Assembly: GCA_910589145.1 (NCBI GenBank)
Contig: CAJUSD010000001.1
Span: 144,184 to 208,183, forward strand
Direction of reading: 5' to 3'
Source of the DNA: an uncultured Oscillospiraceae bacterium
Lineage (GTDB): Bacteria; Bacillota; Clostridia; Oscillospirales; Ruminococcaceae
Length of the DNA: 64,000 bases
Shown here: piece after piece, positions 8,445-17,763 of the stretch
Layout: the number at the start of each line of letters is the position of its first letter
How positions within the stretch are numbered: the stretch's first letter is position 1
Notes under the pieces: generated by a model
Seen by the model: only the letters and a program-made list of their open reading frames with translations
Databases searched by the model: none
What the model was told of the DNA's origin: nothing
Position numbers and translations under genes: made by a program

Positions 8445-10331
8445 TTATACAGCTTTCATCTTTTTATCTAAAAACTTCACATTGAGTGCCCGCATAGCGT
8501 TAAGGATTGCAATCACTGCTACCCCAACATCAGCAAAAACAGCTTCCCACATAGTCGCAACGCCGAACGCTCCTAAAATCAATACCAGCGCTTTCACTGC
8601 AAGGGCAAAAACAATATTCTGATAAACGATTGACAGCGTTTTGCGGGAAATAGCAATTGCATCAGCAATCCGAGAGGGCTTGTCGTCCATAATTACAATA
8701 TCTGCTGCTTCAATCGCCGCATCTGAGCCAAGTCCCCCCATAGCGATACCAATATCCGCCCGAGTCAAAACAGGAGCATCGTTCACACCGTCGCCTACAA
8801 AGGCAAGAACACCTTTCGGGGATTTCTCAGATAAAAGCGCCTCCACCTTTTCCACTTTGCCCACAGGGAGAAGTTCTGTAAACACCTCGTCAATTCCCAA
8901 CTGTTTCCCAATCGCTTCCCCTACTGGCTTTAAGTCCCCTGTCAACATAACAGTTTTCCGAATATGGCTTTCCTGTTTCAGCCGTTTCATGGCTTCCTCT
9001 GCGTCGGGTTTCAGCTGGTCGGCAATAACAATATATCCGCTGTATCGTTTTCCCACAGATAGATATACAATTGTGCCAATGCTGTTTACATTGGGAACTT
9101 GAACCCCAACAGATTCCATCAGCCTGCGGTTTCCAACGGCAACGGAAACCCCGTCGATAATTGCCTTTACACCATGGCCGGAAATTTCCTCCACCTGGGA
9201 AACAAGTTTTGGATCAAATTCCTTCCCATACGCTTTTTTCAGGGAAAGGGAAATTGGATGGTTGGAATAGCCTTCCGCCAAAGTGCAAACACGCAAAAGT
9301 TCCTCTTTAGAAACGCCTTCTGCCGGATGCAGTTCTGCCACCTCAAAGTTTCCTTGGGTCAGGGTGCCGGTTTTATCCATAGCCAGGATTTCTGTTTTGG
9401 CCAAAGCTTCCAGGTAATTGCTCCCTTTCACCAAAATCCCACATTTAGACGCGCCTCCAATTCCACCAAAAAAGCTTAATGGTACAGAAATCACCAAGGC
9501 ACACGGACAGGAAATAACCAGGAAAATCAAAGCGCGGTGTACCCATTCCCCCAGAGGCTGGTGCAGAATTAGCGGCGGGATAAAAGCCAGTAAAACAGCG
9601 GCAACTACCACAGAAGGAGTATACCAATGGGCGAATTTTGTAATAAAGTTTTCGCTTTTGGCCTTTTTGCTGCTGGCATTTTCCACCAAATCAAGGATTT
9701 TCGCCACAGTTGATTGTCCAAATTCCTTGGAAACCTGGATGGAGAGGACCCCTGTCAGATTAATGCATCCACTGATTACGTCATATCCCGGCTGAATATC
9801 CCTTGGTATGGATTCGCCTGTAAGCGCTGAGGTGTCTACCGTTGACATTCCTTCTGTCACCACACCATCCAACGGGACTTTCTCCCCAGCCCGTACAATA
9901 ATGGTATCACCTATTTTAACCTCGTCTGGGTCTACCTGCTTCAAATCGCCATCCACCATAATATTGGCGTAATCGGGACGGATATCCATAAGTCCGGCGA
10001 TGGAGCGCCGGGAACGTCCCACAGCATAGCTTTGGAACAGTTCACCGATTTGATAAAACAGCATAACCACTACGCCTTCCTGGTACTCCCCTGATGCAAA
10101 CGCCCCTATGGTAGCCAGCGCCATCAAAAATTCCTCATCAAACCATTGGCGGTTCCAAATCTTGCGGACTGCCCCATACAAAACATCCCATCCACATATC
10201 AGATAGGCGGCAGCATAAGGAATAGGCTTCAAATAAGCATTTAAAGGAAGCAGCACAGCGGCTATAAGCACAACTGCACTGAGGATAATCCGGGCCAGCA
10301 TCTTTTTCTGTTTTTTAGTCATTTCAGTCAA
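8445..10331 (-). CDS. cadA: Heavy-metal (Cd/Zn-type) translocating P1B-type ATPase
   Basis: 628 aa. Has the CPC transmembrane motif (SCPCALVISVP), DKTGTLT and GDGVNDAP. No N-terminal HMA domain. Confidence 0.85.
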   Translation of the reverse strand: MTEMTKKQKKMLARIILSAVVLIAAVLLPLNAYLKPIPYAAAYLICGWDVLYGAVRKIWNRQWFDEEFLMALATIGAFASGEYQEGVVVMLFYQIGELFQSYAVGRSRRSIAGLMDIRPDYANIMVDGDLKQVDPDEVKIGDTIIVRAGEKVPLDGVVTEGMSTVDTSALTGESIPRDIQPGYDVISGCINLTGVLSIQVSKEFGQSTVAKILDLVENASSKKAKSENFITKFAHWYTPSVVVAAVLLAFIPPLILHQPLGEWVHRALIFLVISCPCALVISVPLSFFGGIGGASKCGILVKGSNYLEALAKTEILAMDKTGTLTQGNFEVAELHPAEGVSKEELLRVCTLAEGYSNHPISLSLKKAYGKEFDPKLVSQVEEISGHGVKAIIDGVSVAVGNRRLMESVGVQVPNVNSIGTIVYLSVGKRYSGYIVIADQLKPDAEEAMKRLKQESHIRKTVMLTGDLKPVGEAIGKQLGIDEVFTELLPVGKVEKVEALLSEKSPKGVLAFVGDGVNDAPVLTRADIGIAMGGLGSDAAIEAADIVIMDDKPSRIADAIAISRKTLSIVYQNIVFALAVKALVLILGAFGVATMWEAVFADVGVAVIAILNAMRALNVKFLDKKMKAV

Positions 10332-10383
10332 TCCTCCTCAATGCTGTGTTTGACAGCATCTTCTGCCAGCAATCGTTTGGGTA

Positions 10384-10620
10384 TTATTTCAGCACAATTT
10401 CGCAGTCAGGTTCCACCTTTTTGCAGACTTTAACTGCTTCTTTCATGATTGCATCAAATTTTTCGTCTTCAGCTTCTACAATGAGTTTTTGTGCCAGGAA
10501 ATTCATGGTTGCATCAATCACCCCTGGAATTTTCTTGATGGCTTCTTCCATTTTTGCGGCACAGTGGGCACAGTCCAGGTCATTTACCTTAAACGTCTTT
10601 TTCATAACTGATTCCTCCAT
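10384..10620 (-). CDS. Heavy-metal-associated (HMA) domain metallochaperone
   Basis: 78 aa. Has the CAHC (CxxC) metal-binding motif in a ferredoxin-like HMA layout. Confidence 0.8.
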   Translation of the reverse strand: MEESVMKKTFKVNDLDCAHCAAKMEEAIKKIPGVIDATMNFLAQKLIVEAEDEKFDAIMKEAVKVCKKVEPDCEIVLK

Positions 10621-10678
10621 AATACATTTTGTATTTTTATAATGATGCCGGACCTCCGGCAGATTTACTGATTGATAT

Positions 10679-11041
10679 TCATTCGGTAATATGTTCCATG
10701 CCCTGGTTGATAATCTGTTCTACGTGTCTGTCGTTAAGGGAATAGTATACGGTTTTCCCCTCCCGTCTGAACTTTACTAGGCGGGACTGTTTGAGCACCC
10801 TTAATTGGTGGGAAATTGCAGACTGGCTCATATTCAGCAGTTGGGCAATATCGCACACGCACATTTCCGATTCAAATAATACATACAAAATTTTAATCCG
10901 GGTACTGTCTCCAAACACTTTATACAATTCTGCCAGGTCATAAAGCTGCTCCTCATTGGGAAGCTGGGTTTTTACCGTTTGGATAATGTCTTCATGGACT
11001 TCATAAATGTCGCAGCATTCAGTTTGGTTTTTATCTATCAT
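10679..11041 (-). CDS. cadC: ArsR/SmtB family metalloregulator (CadC-like)
   Basis: 120 aa. Has the CVCD motif in the HTH region, an N-terminal ECCD cysteine pair, and SHQLRVLK. Confidence 0.8.
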   Translation of the reverse strand: MIDKNQTECCDIYEVHEDIIQTVKTQLPNEEQLYDLAELYKVFGDSTRIKILYVLFESEMCVCDIAQLLNMSQSAISHQLRVLKQSRLVKFRREGKTVYYSLNDRHVEQIINQGMEHITE

Positions 11042-11210
11042 ATGCCTTTCCCTTTCTTTTCATATGAGCCATTGTTCATATGTTCATAATAAAACTTTAT
11101 AGCCATTTTGTCAAGGGGTTTTACCACATTTCAAAAAATTTATTTTGTCTTTGCTACAATTCAGCCAGACATTTTCTATGAATACACTAAACCATTCAGA
11201 TTTGATGGAA

Positions 11211-11248
11211 AGGGCTGTGCAATCATAGAGAATGCACAGCCCTTTTTC
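11211..11248 (+). terminator. Terminator-like hairpin with no obvious plus-strand gene
   Basis: agggctgtgca-atcatagagaa-tgcacagccct followed by ttttt. Confidence 0.4.
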
Positions 11249-11255
11249 TCTGACC

Positions 11256-11686
11256 TTATATTAAATAATGTGAGTTCGATGAGAAGCCTTTGTCAATTTT
11301 AAAGTTTTCGGTCCTGGGGACGTCATCTCAGCAGCCCTTGGCTGTTCGCCGGCTGCAAGCGGACAGGCTTCAGCAAAGAATCCCGCCATATATCCCCTTG
11401 GAAGCTGTTTCAAATTCTTCGCCGCTGCTCCCACAATAGAAAATGGCGGGATTTTCTATATGTTAAGTATCTGTCTCTTTCGTTTTGCTTGTGCTGCTTT
11501 TCAGCGGACTAGGGGATTTCGCGTCTTGCGGGTTCAGTTCAGCGAAGCTGAACTAGGGACAAGGAGACTTTTGAGGAATGCAGCTCCGCTGCACAACCCC
11601 CTTGCCCCCCCCAAAAAACTTTTTTCATCCGCCTTAACTTTTACCCGTCTGAGGTTATTCCCCGCAAATTGACTTTACCGGACTCT
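11256..11686. repeat. B-family intergenic repeat of about 430 bp (copy B1)
   Basis: Aligns end to end with the reverse complement of 20221-20605, including a 23-nt exact word at 11438-11460. The left end carries ttatattaaataatgtgagttcgatgag, shared with the D elements. Confidence 0.8.
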
Positions 11687-11688
11687 CC

Positions 11689-12099
11689 TTAAATAAAAAA
11701 TTCCACAGGAGAATACTTTTCCAGCCCTTGTACACAGGAAGAAACATAAAACTCCCGAAAAATATCCATACATTCCTTTTGAGAGCAAATTTTTTCCACT
11801 AACCTTACCTGTTCTCCTTCCTCTATGCCGACCTGCACAATAATCCCTTTTTCATTTTGGACTGCCTGAACATAACAGATATGATGGCGGACATCACCGG
11901 TTGTCAATGTCACAAATTCATCCTCGTCAGCCATCATTTCCAAAATGAATCCTTCAACCTCGTCCCACGAAGAAACAGATTGATCCACCTCCTGAGTCCT
12001 CACATTCCACGATGTATGACAAACCGTCTTTTGAAACACAACATCAGTTGCAGTACGTTTTTTCTGCTTATTTTCTTTCAGCCAATTTTTAAACAACAC
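11689..12099 (-). CDS. Hypothetical protein
   Basis: 136-aa ORF, co-directional with the upstream cluster. I recognise no motif. Confidence 0.5.
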   Translation of the reverse strand: MLFKNWLKENKQKKRTATDVVFQKTVCHTSWNVRTQEVDQSVSSWDEVEGFILEMMADEDEFVTLTTGDVRHHICYVQAVQNEKGIIVQVGIEEGEQVRLVEKICSQKECMDIFREFYVSSCVQGLEKYSPVEFFI

Positions 12100-12147
12100 T
12101 TGAACTTTCCTCTTGTTTCTATAAAATCTAATAACTCTTTCCTGAAA

Positions 12148-12861
12148 TCATAATGTATCATCGCTTAATCCGATCACTTCATCAATCGGCATAGACATAA
12201 CAACGCCTTCCGCTTCACTTTTAACGCCGCAGGCTTCGCTGATTGCCCGCATAATCCCAACTTTATTTTCCGCGGAGGCAATAATCAGAACAATTTCCTT
12301 TTCATCTTTCATCCCCAGCCCCCAAAATCCCAGCGCTTTTTCATTTCCGATTCTGCGGCTATGGATAACGGAACCTCCGCTGGCTCCGGCCTTTTTTGCC
12401 GCATCCATTAATTTCTCACTATACCCCTGATTAATAATGGCAGCAATCATAGCAAATTTCATCTCGGACATAGAAGACTCAACCTTTCCTTTAGGAATTG
12501 GGGGGTTCTCCCCTTCAAGCTGTTGAAGCATCTTTAAAATCAACGTATTAGAACCATTTATAGGCATGGTAAATACAATGCCGCTGTCCGGCAAACCAAT
12601 TTTGAGGGTCCTCTTTAATTTTTTAAGCAAATCCACCGTTAAACTTTTGGGCACAAAACTAATCAAAAGGTTTTTGTCAGTGCTGCCCAGACCCAGAATG
12701 TCGAGCATATCACTGGAAGCAGTGCCCGCAGCGGTAAGTTGGAAGTGCATGGGAATGGAATTATCATGAAGAAGCTGGGTAGCTTTAGGGGCAAGTTTAG
12801 GATTAGTAATAACAATCAAAACCCGGTAAGCGCCCTGCTTCTGGTTTGTGGAAGAACTCAC
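12148..12861 (-). CDS. Tandem P-II-like signal-transduction protein
   Basis: 237 aa with two P-II-like halves (RVLIVITNP... and KFAMIAAIINQGYSEKLMDAAKKAGASGGSV...). The start is 2 nt after the stop of the DUF1538 gene. Confidence 0.65.
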   Translation of the reverse strand: MSSSTNQKQGAYRVLIVITNPKLAPKATQLLHDNSIPMHFQLTAAGTASSDMLDILGLGSTDKNLLISFVPKSLTVDLLKKLKRTLKIGLPDSGIVFTMPINGSNTLILKMLQQLEGENPPIPKGKVESSMSEMKFAMIAAIINQGYSEKLMDAAKKAGASGGSVIHSRRIGNEKALGFWGLGMKDEKEIVLIIASAENKVGIMRAISEACGVKSEAEGVVMSMPIDEVIGLSDDTL

Positions 12862-12863
12862 GG

Positions 12864-14390
12864 CTAAACCTCCTCGATTTCAATGATCTCGTCAACATCA
12901 TCCGCAAGCATAGAATCCGGCACAGCAGATTTCTGAAGTTTATTGAGTTTAAGCTTGTACTGCAATCCCATAATCTGAATCGCAATTAAAGGCGTCAAAG
13001 CAACTAAAGCAATAACGCCAAAAGCGTCGGTCATCAGGTTTCCTCCGTGCATGTCACAGGCCCCAATGCAAAGTGGAAGCAGGAAAGTAGAGGTCATAGG
13101 CCCACTGGCAACGCCGCCTGAGTCGAATGCAATGCCAACGAAAATTTTAGGAACCAGTTTCGACATCACCAGAGCAATGATGTAACCAGGAATCACTATC
13201 CATTGAATAGAAATCCCAGTTAAAACCCGCAGCATTGAAAGCCCTACGCTGACAGAAACGCCAATAGAAAGGCATCGGTTCATTGATTTAGCAGAAACCA
13301 TGCCATTTGTAACAGATTGAACCTGACGGTTAAGAATTTGAATAGCAGGTTCAGCCTTTACAATATAGTAACCAATAATCATCCCAATAGGGACCAGCAG
13401 CCATTTTGTACTCTCCCCAGCTAGATGATAACCAATCAAAGTACCCACTGGGGCAAATCCAACGTTAACTCCGCACAGGAAAAGAACAAGCCCCATATAT
13501 GTATATCCAAAACCAACAACGATACGCTGTCTTTGCCTATGCTGGTAGTGGCGGCTGACAAACTGAAAGATGAAAAACATCGCCGCAATGGGGATAATAG
13601 AGATGAAAACTTCTTTAGCATAGTGCGGCGTTTTGAAGGCAAAAGCTTGGGCGACATCCCGCATCGTGGAAACGGAGGCAATGTCATCTGCGGCATAGAG
13701 GGCGCCATCCGGGTTATAGAAATACCCCAAAATCAGAACCGCTAAAATCGGCCCAATACTGGATAAAGCTACCAAACCGAAACTGTCGCTGGACGCGTCT
13801 TTATCTACGCGGATAGAGGAAAGGCCAACACCCATCGCCATAATAAAGGGAACAGTAATTGGGCCTGTAGTGACGCCACCGGAATCAAAGGCAACTGCAA
13901 GGAATTCCTTTGGGATAAAAAAGGAGAAAGTCAGCAGTACCAAATATAATCCCATTAAAAGATAAGACAGGTCAATCCCCTTGATAATTCTCAAAACCGC
14001 GAGGGCAAGGAACACCCCCACACCGGCTGCAACCGTAAAAATCAAGGCGCTGTTGGGAATAGATGGAACCTGGTTAGACAGAACCTGTAAATCCGGTTCC
14101 GCCAAGGTAATAATAACACCCATTAACAGGCTGACAACAATAATGGGAAGCAGGCTTTTCGACTTGGAAATCTGAACGCCAATTCCCTCCCCAAGGGGGC
14201 TCATAGACATTTCAGAACCAAGCTGGAACATTCCCATACCAACGATCAGCATAATCGCGCCAACAAGAAACATAACCACCGAACCAATGTCAAGAGGGAC
14301 AAGAAAAATACTTAAAAGCAGAACAATTCCTGTAATTGGCAGAACTGCTGAAAGAGATTCCAATATCTTTTCTTTCAGTTTTGGATTCAA
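12864..14390 (-). CDS. DUF1538 family membrane protein (two fused DUF1538 halves)
   Basis: 508 aa, polytopic. An internal duplication is visible: AFDSGGVTTGPITVPFIMAMGVG and AFDSGGVASGPMTSTFLLPLCIG. Confidence 0.7.
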   Translation of the reverse strand: MNPKLKEKILESLSAVLPITGIVLLLSIFLVPLDIGSVVMFLVGAIMLIVGMGMFQLGSEMSMSPLGEGIGVQISKSKSLLPIIVVSLLMGVIITLAEPDLQVLSNQVPSIPNSALIFTVAAGVGVFLALAVLRIIKGIDLSYLLMGLYLVLLTFSFFIPKEFLAVAFDSGGVTTGPITVPFIMAMGVGLSSIRVDKDASSDSFGLVALSSIGPILAVLILGYFYNPDGALYAADDIASVSTMRDVAQAFAFKTPHYAKEVFISIIPIAAMFFIFQFVSRHYQHRQRQRIVVGFGYTYMGLVLFLCGVNVGFAPVGTLIGYHLAGESTKWLLVPIGMIIGYYIVKAEPAIQILNRQVQSVTNGMVSAKSMNRCLSIGVSVSVGLSMLRVLTGISIQWIVIPGYIIALVMSKLVPKIFVGIAFDSGGVASGPMTSTFLLPLCIGACDMHGGNLMTDAFGVIALVALTPLIAIQIMGLQYKLKLNKLQKSAVPDSMLADDVDEIIEIEEV

Positions 14391-14453
14391 AATAGGGAGC
14401 CTCCTTTATCTATTTATTTCAGCCTGGAAAACCTGTCTGAACACCAAACAATT

Positions 14454-15146
14454 TTATTCAAATGGCTGGCCGTTTTCCATTAAAACCGCAGTCCTCAAAA
14501 CATGGACAGCCTGGATTTCTAACTCAGCAGCCTGTGTAAAAGCATCCAGATAAAGGGTTGGATTAATATTTTTTTCAATACCGGATGCACAAAACAGTTT
14601 CAAATTCAACAAGCTGTTCTCCACATAGAGGGAATGAAGGGAAACATCTGGACGGATGTCAATTTCCTTCATTCCTTTTTTGGTGCGTTTCATCACTAAA
14701 ATACTGCTGTTTTTATCAAATTCCAGCAAATGCTCCAATGCGGCTTCAGGGGGACAGTCCGCAAAATTCAGGCGGATATGATAAAAAGCCTGTTTAATTT
14801 TTTCCGGTTTAAATTTCTGCAAAGCAGTTTTTTTGACGGTAAGCCCTTCCGGGAGGGTATTATTCAAGCGCTGGGATATCTCTTCACAGCTCATGACACG
14901 GGTAATGCGCAAATCCATTGTTTCACATAAGCTTTCATAGCCCAGGGAGAGAGGAAGAGCAAAAGTAGTATAGGGATGAGGATTAAATCCCTCTGTATAC
15001 CAGACGGGAATTTCCGCCCGCCTTAAAGCCCGCTGCATACAGCGGTTAATATCCAGATGGGAAATATATTTCGCCCGTCCGGTTTTCTCATAAAAAACCC
15101 GTAAGTTAGGCATTTTGTTCACATCGGTAATTTGAATATCACTCAA
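14454..15146 (-). CDS. TIGR03936 (DUF2344) radical-SAM-associated protein
   Basis: 230 aa. Has YISHLDINRCMQRALRRAEIPVWYTEGFNPHP. Overlaps the upstream radical-SAM gene by 8 nt. Confidence 0.8.
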   Translation of the reverse strand: MSDIQITDVNKMPNLRVFYEKTGRAKYISHLDINRCMQRALRRAEIPVWYTEGFNPHPYTTFALPLSLGYESLCETMDLRITRVMSCEEISQRLNNTLPEGLTVKKTALQKFKPEKIKQAFYHIRLNFADCPPEAALEHLLEFDKNSSILVMKRTKKGMKEIDIRPDVSLHSLYVENSLLNLKLFCASGIEKNINPTLYLDAFTQAAELEIQAVHVLRTAVLMENGQPFE

Positions 15147-16989
15147 AGCAGCGGCCTCCTACCAGTTGATTTGCCCCACATCCTGCACACTGTTGACGGC
15201 AGTTCGGGGTTGTCTGATTGTTATGCGCCTTCTGGTTTTCACGTATCAGGAAATCCTTGGAAACAGCAAAATCCAAATGATCCCAGGGCATCGTTTCACT
15301 GTAACCCCGTTTGCGGTTGGCATAAAAGGCAGGGTCCAAACCACACTCGTCCATAGCTTCTTTCCACCAATCCATATGGAAATGATTTCCCCAACTGTCC
15401 AGACGGCAGCCCTTTTTCCAGGCACGGTAAAGCACTTCTCCCAACCGGCGGTCTCCCCTTGCCAGCACGCCTTCTAAAAAGCTTGTATCCGCATCGTGCC
15501 AGTTCAACCGGATTTTTTTACTTTTCAGGCAGGAAAGCATATGGTTTTGTTTTTCCCTGAGCATTTCCCAGGTATCCTGGGGCTCAAACTGGAAAGGAGT
15601 AAAGGGTTTAGGAACAAAACAGGCGCAGCTAACCGTGACAGTAACGCCCTTTCCTTTTTGGCGGGATGGCAGGCTGTAATAAAAATCTACAATCCTTTGC
15701 GCCAGATCCACAATGCCCTCTACATCCTCCATTGTTTCCGTGGGAAGCCCCATCATAAAATAAAGCTTAACCGCAGTATAGCCTCCCTCGAAAGCAGTGC
15801 GGCAGGTATTAAAAATTTCTTCCTCACTGACGTTTTTATTAATGACGTCCCTCATTCTCTGGGTTCCAGCCTCTGGCGCAAAGGTCAGGCCGCTTTTGCG
15901 CACCTTGGAAACAGTATCCAAAAGTTCCTGGGAGAAGTTATCCACCCGCAGAGACGGCAGAGAAAGGTTAATTTTCTTCTCGTCAGTCCATTGTACCATT
16001 TGGGTAAGCAGCTTTTCCACCTGGGAATGGTCGCTGGTAGAAAGGGAAGACAGGGAAATTTCATCATAACCGGTAGACGCACACAAGTCCCGGCCATTAC
16101 GGCAAAGAGTATCTACATTTTTTTCCCTGAGGGGGCGGTAGATAAAACCAGCCTGGCAGAACCGGCAGCCCCGGATACATCCCCGCAAGACTTCAATAAT
16201 CGCCCTGTCATGGACAATGTCCGTATAAGGCACAACAAAGGAAGAAGGATAAAAAACACGGTCAAAGTCTTGAATAATCCGTTTCCTTACGCGGGCTGGA
16301 GCACCTTCCTTTGGGGTAATGTTTTGTATGATTCCGTCTGGAAAATAAGACACATCATAAAGGGATGGGACATAGATTCCCTCTATCCTACAGGCTTGAC
16401 GGAGAAATTTTTCCTTAGGCCATCCCTCTTTTTTGGCAATTTTATAAAGGTCTATCAATTCAAGGTTGACTTCCTCCCCTTCCCCCAGAATAAAAAGGTC
16501 TATAAAATCACACAGGGGTTCCGGGTTGCAGGCGCAGGGACCCCCTGCAATGACCAGCGGTGAAAGGTTGGGGCGTTCGGAAGCCTTTACCGGAAGCCCT
16601 GCTAAATCTAACATATTCAAAACAGAAGTGAAACTCAATTCATATTGCAGGGTAAAGCCAATCATGTCAAAGTCCCGGATAGGGTCGAAACTTTCCAAGC
16701 CGTAAAGGGGAATATCGTTCTCCCTCATCAAACGCTCCATATCCCGTTCAGGCGCAAAAACCCGCTCACACCATACGTCAGGACGTGCATTTTTCAGGGA
16801 ATACAGGATTTTCATTCCCAGATGGGACATCCCTACTTCATATAAATCAGGGAAACAGAAAGCAAAACGAACGTCAACTTCTTCAGGATTTTTGACAATG
16901 CTTCCTAATTCCCCTCCTGTGTAATGAGCAGGTTTTTGTACCTGCATTAGAATTTGATCCAGTTTTTCAGAAATTTGTTTATTTGGCAT
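15139..16989 (-). CDS. TIGR03960 family B12-binding-domain radical SAM protein
   Basis: 616 aa. Has the RGCIRGCRFCQAG (CxxxCxxC) cluster motif. The size and N-terminal domain are typical. Confidence 0.85.
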   Translation of the reverse strand: MPNKQISEKLDQILMQVQKPAHYTGGELGSIVKNPEEVDVRFAFCFPDLYEVGMSHLGMKILYSLKNARPDVWCERVFAPERDMERLMRENDIPLYGLESFDPIRDFDMIGFTLQYELSFTSVLNMLDLAGLPVKASERPNLSPLVIAGGPCACNPEPLCDFIDLFILGEGEEVNLELIDLYKIAKKEGWPKEKFLRQACRIEGIYVPSLYDVSYFPDGIIQNITPKEGAPARVRKRIIQDFDRVFYPSSFVVPYTDIVHDRAIIEVLRGCIRGCRFCQAGFIYRPLREKNVDTLCRNGRDLCASTGYDEISLSSLSTSDHSQVEKLLTQMVQWTDEKKINLSLPSLRVDNFSQELLDTVSKVRKSGLTFAPEAGTQRMRDVINKNVSEEEIFNTCRTAFEGGYTAVKLYFMMGLPTETMEDVEGIVDLAQRIVDFYYSLPSRQKGKGVTVTVSCACFVPKPFTPFQFEPQDTWEMLREKQNHMLSCLKSKKIRLNWHDADTSFLEGVLARGDRRLGEVLYRAWKKGCRLDSWGNHFHMDWWKEAMDECGLDPAFYANRKRGYSETMPWDHLDFAVSKDFLIRENQKAHNNQTTPNCRQQCAGCGANQLVGGRCFE

Positions 16990-17339
16990 ACTGTTTTATA
17001 ACTCCTAACCCGGCATGCGCCTTTTAAAACTTGTTTGTGTCCTTACATATTTAATATATAGACTTATTATAGCATATGGAGCGGGAAAATGGTAGAATCT
17101 ATCATCTATATCCTTTAAAATAATTGCAAATTTTTATTAAAGGATTCCATTACATCGATTCTTCCCAAAAATAAATCTTCTAGGATATGATTCATATAAA
17201 TGCCTCCTTGTAATTGTCTAGTTTCTTTAAAAAATATTTGATATATGCTTATAAAATCTATTGCGTTTTAAAGCTATTTTATCATAGCCGGATTGCCTTT
17301 ACAATTCGAGTATTCATTGTTTGAGGAGGTAATAGGGCT

Positions 17340-17624
17340 ATGATTGATTATAAAGACGTTGGTTCCCAAATACGGGCAGCCCAGTTAAACCGGAAAATGA
17401 CCCAGGAAAAGCTGGCTGATGCCGTCGGCGTTGGTGTAACGCATATCAGCCATATAGAAACGGGAAACAGTATTCCAAGCCTCCAGGTATTTGTTGATAT
17501 TTTGAACGCTTTGGACTGTTCAGCCGATCAACTGCTCTGTCTGGAAGCAGCACAGGCTGAACCGCAATTTAATGAATGGATAAACAATATTTTTCCGACT
17601 GCACCGAAAAAGAACGAAAGCTGA
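17340..17624 (+). CDS. XRE-family HTH regulator, apparently truncated by a frameshift in a T5 run
   Basis: The HTH is MTQEKLADAVGVGVTHISHIETGNS. It is a paralogue of 43297-43668. The homologous C-terminus continues in another frame to TAA 17690-17692. Confidence 0.7.
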   Translation: MIDYKDVGSQIRAAQLNRKMTQEKLADAVGVGVTHISHIETGNSIPSLQVFVDILNALDCSADQLLCLEAAQAEPQFNEWINNIFPTAPKKNES

Positions 17625-17719
17625 TGGTTGACACCATACTGGCTTTAAAGCCTTCCATGCGAATGCTGCATTTTGAAGAAAGTGAAACATAATTTCAAAA
17701 CTATCTCCGGTTTAACATG

Positions 17720-17758
17720 AAAAAACGGCCGTACTGAATAACAGCACGACCGTTTTTT
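17720..17758. terminator. Bidirectional terminator
   Basis: aaaaaacggccgta-ctgaataacag-cacgaccgtttttt, an imperfect stem between convergent genes. Confidence 0.5.
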
Positions 17759-17763
17759 CATTA

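Noticed and set aside
11460-11672. A 70-aa ORF, and similar ORFs 1135-1404, 1252-1437 and 20627-20815, inside the repeat elements.
   Set aside because: They fall inside non-coding B-family repeats. The frames are not conserved between copies, there is no RBS, and the composition is low complexity.
15496-16563. A 355-aa plus-strand ORF.
   Set aside because: It is antisense to the TIGR03960 radical-SAM gene, whose CxxxCxxC motif and family signature are clear. It has no RBS and no motifs.
17030-17075. A dif-like XerCD site (cttacatatttaatatatagactt) in the AT-rich gap.
   Set aside because: Only the TTACATA arm resembles the Firmicutes dif consensus. The central and second-arm positions do not match.
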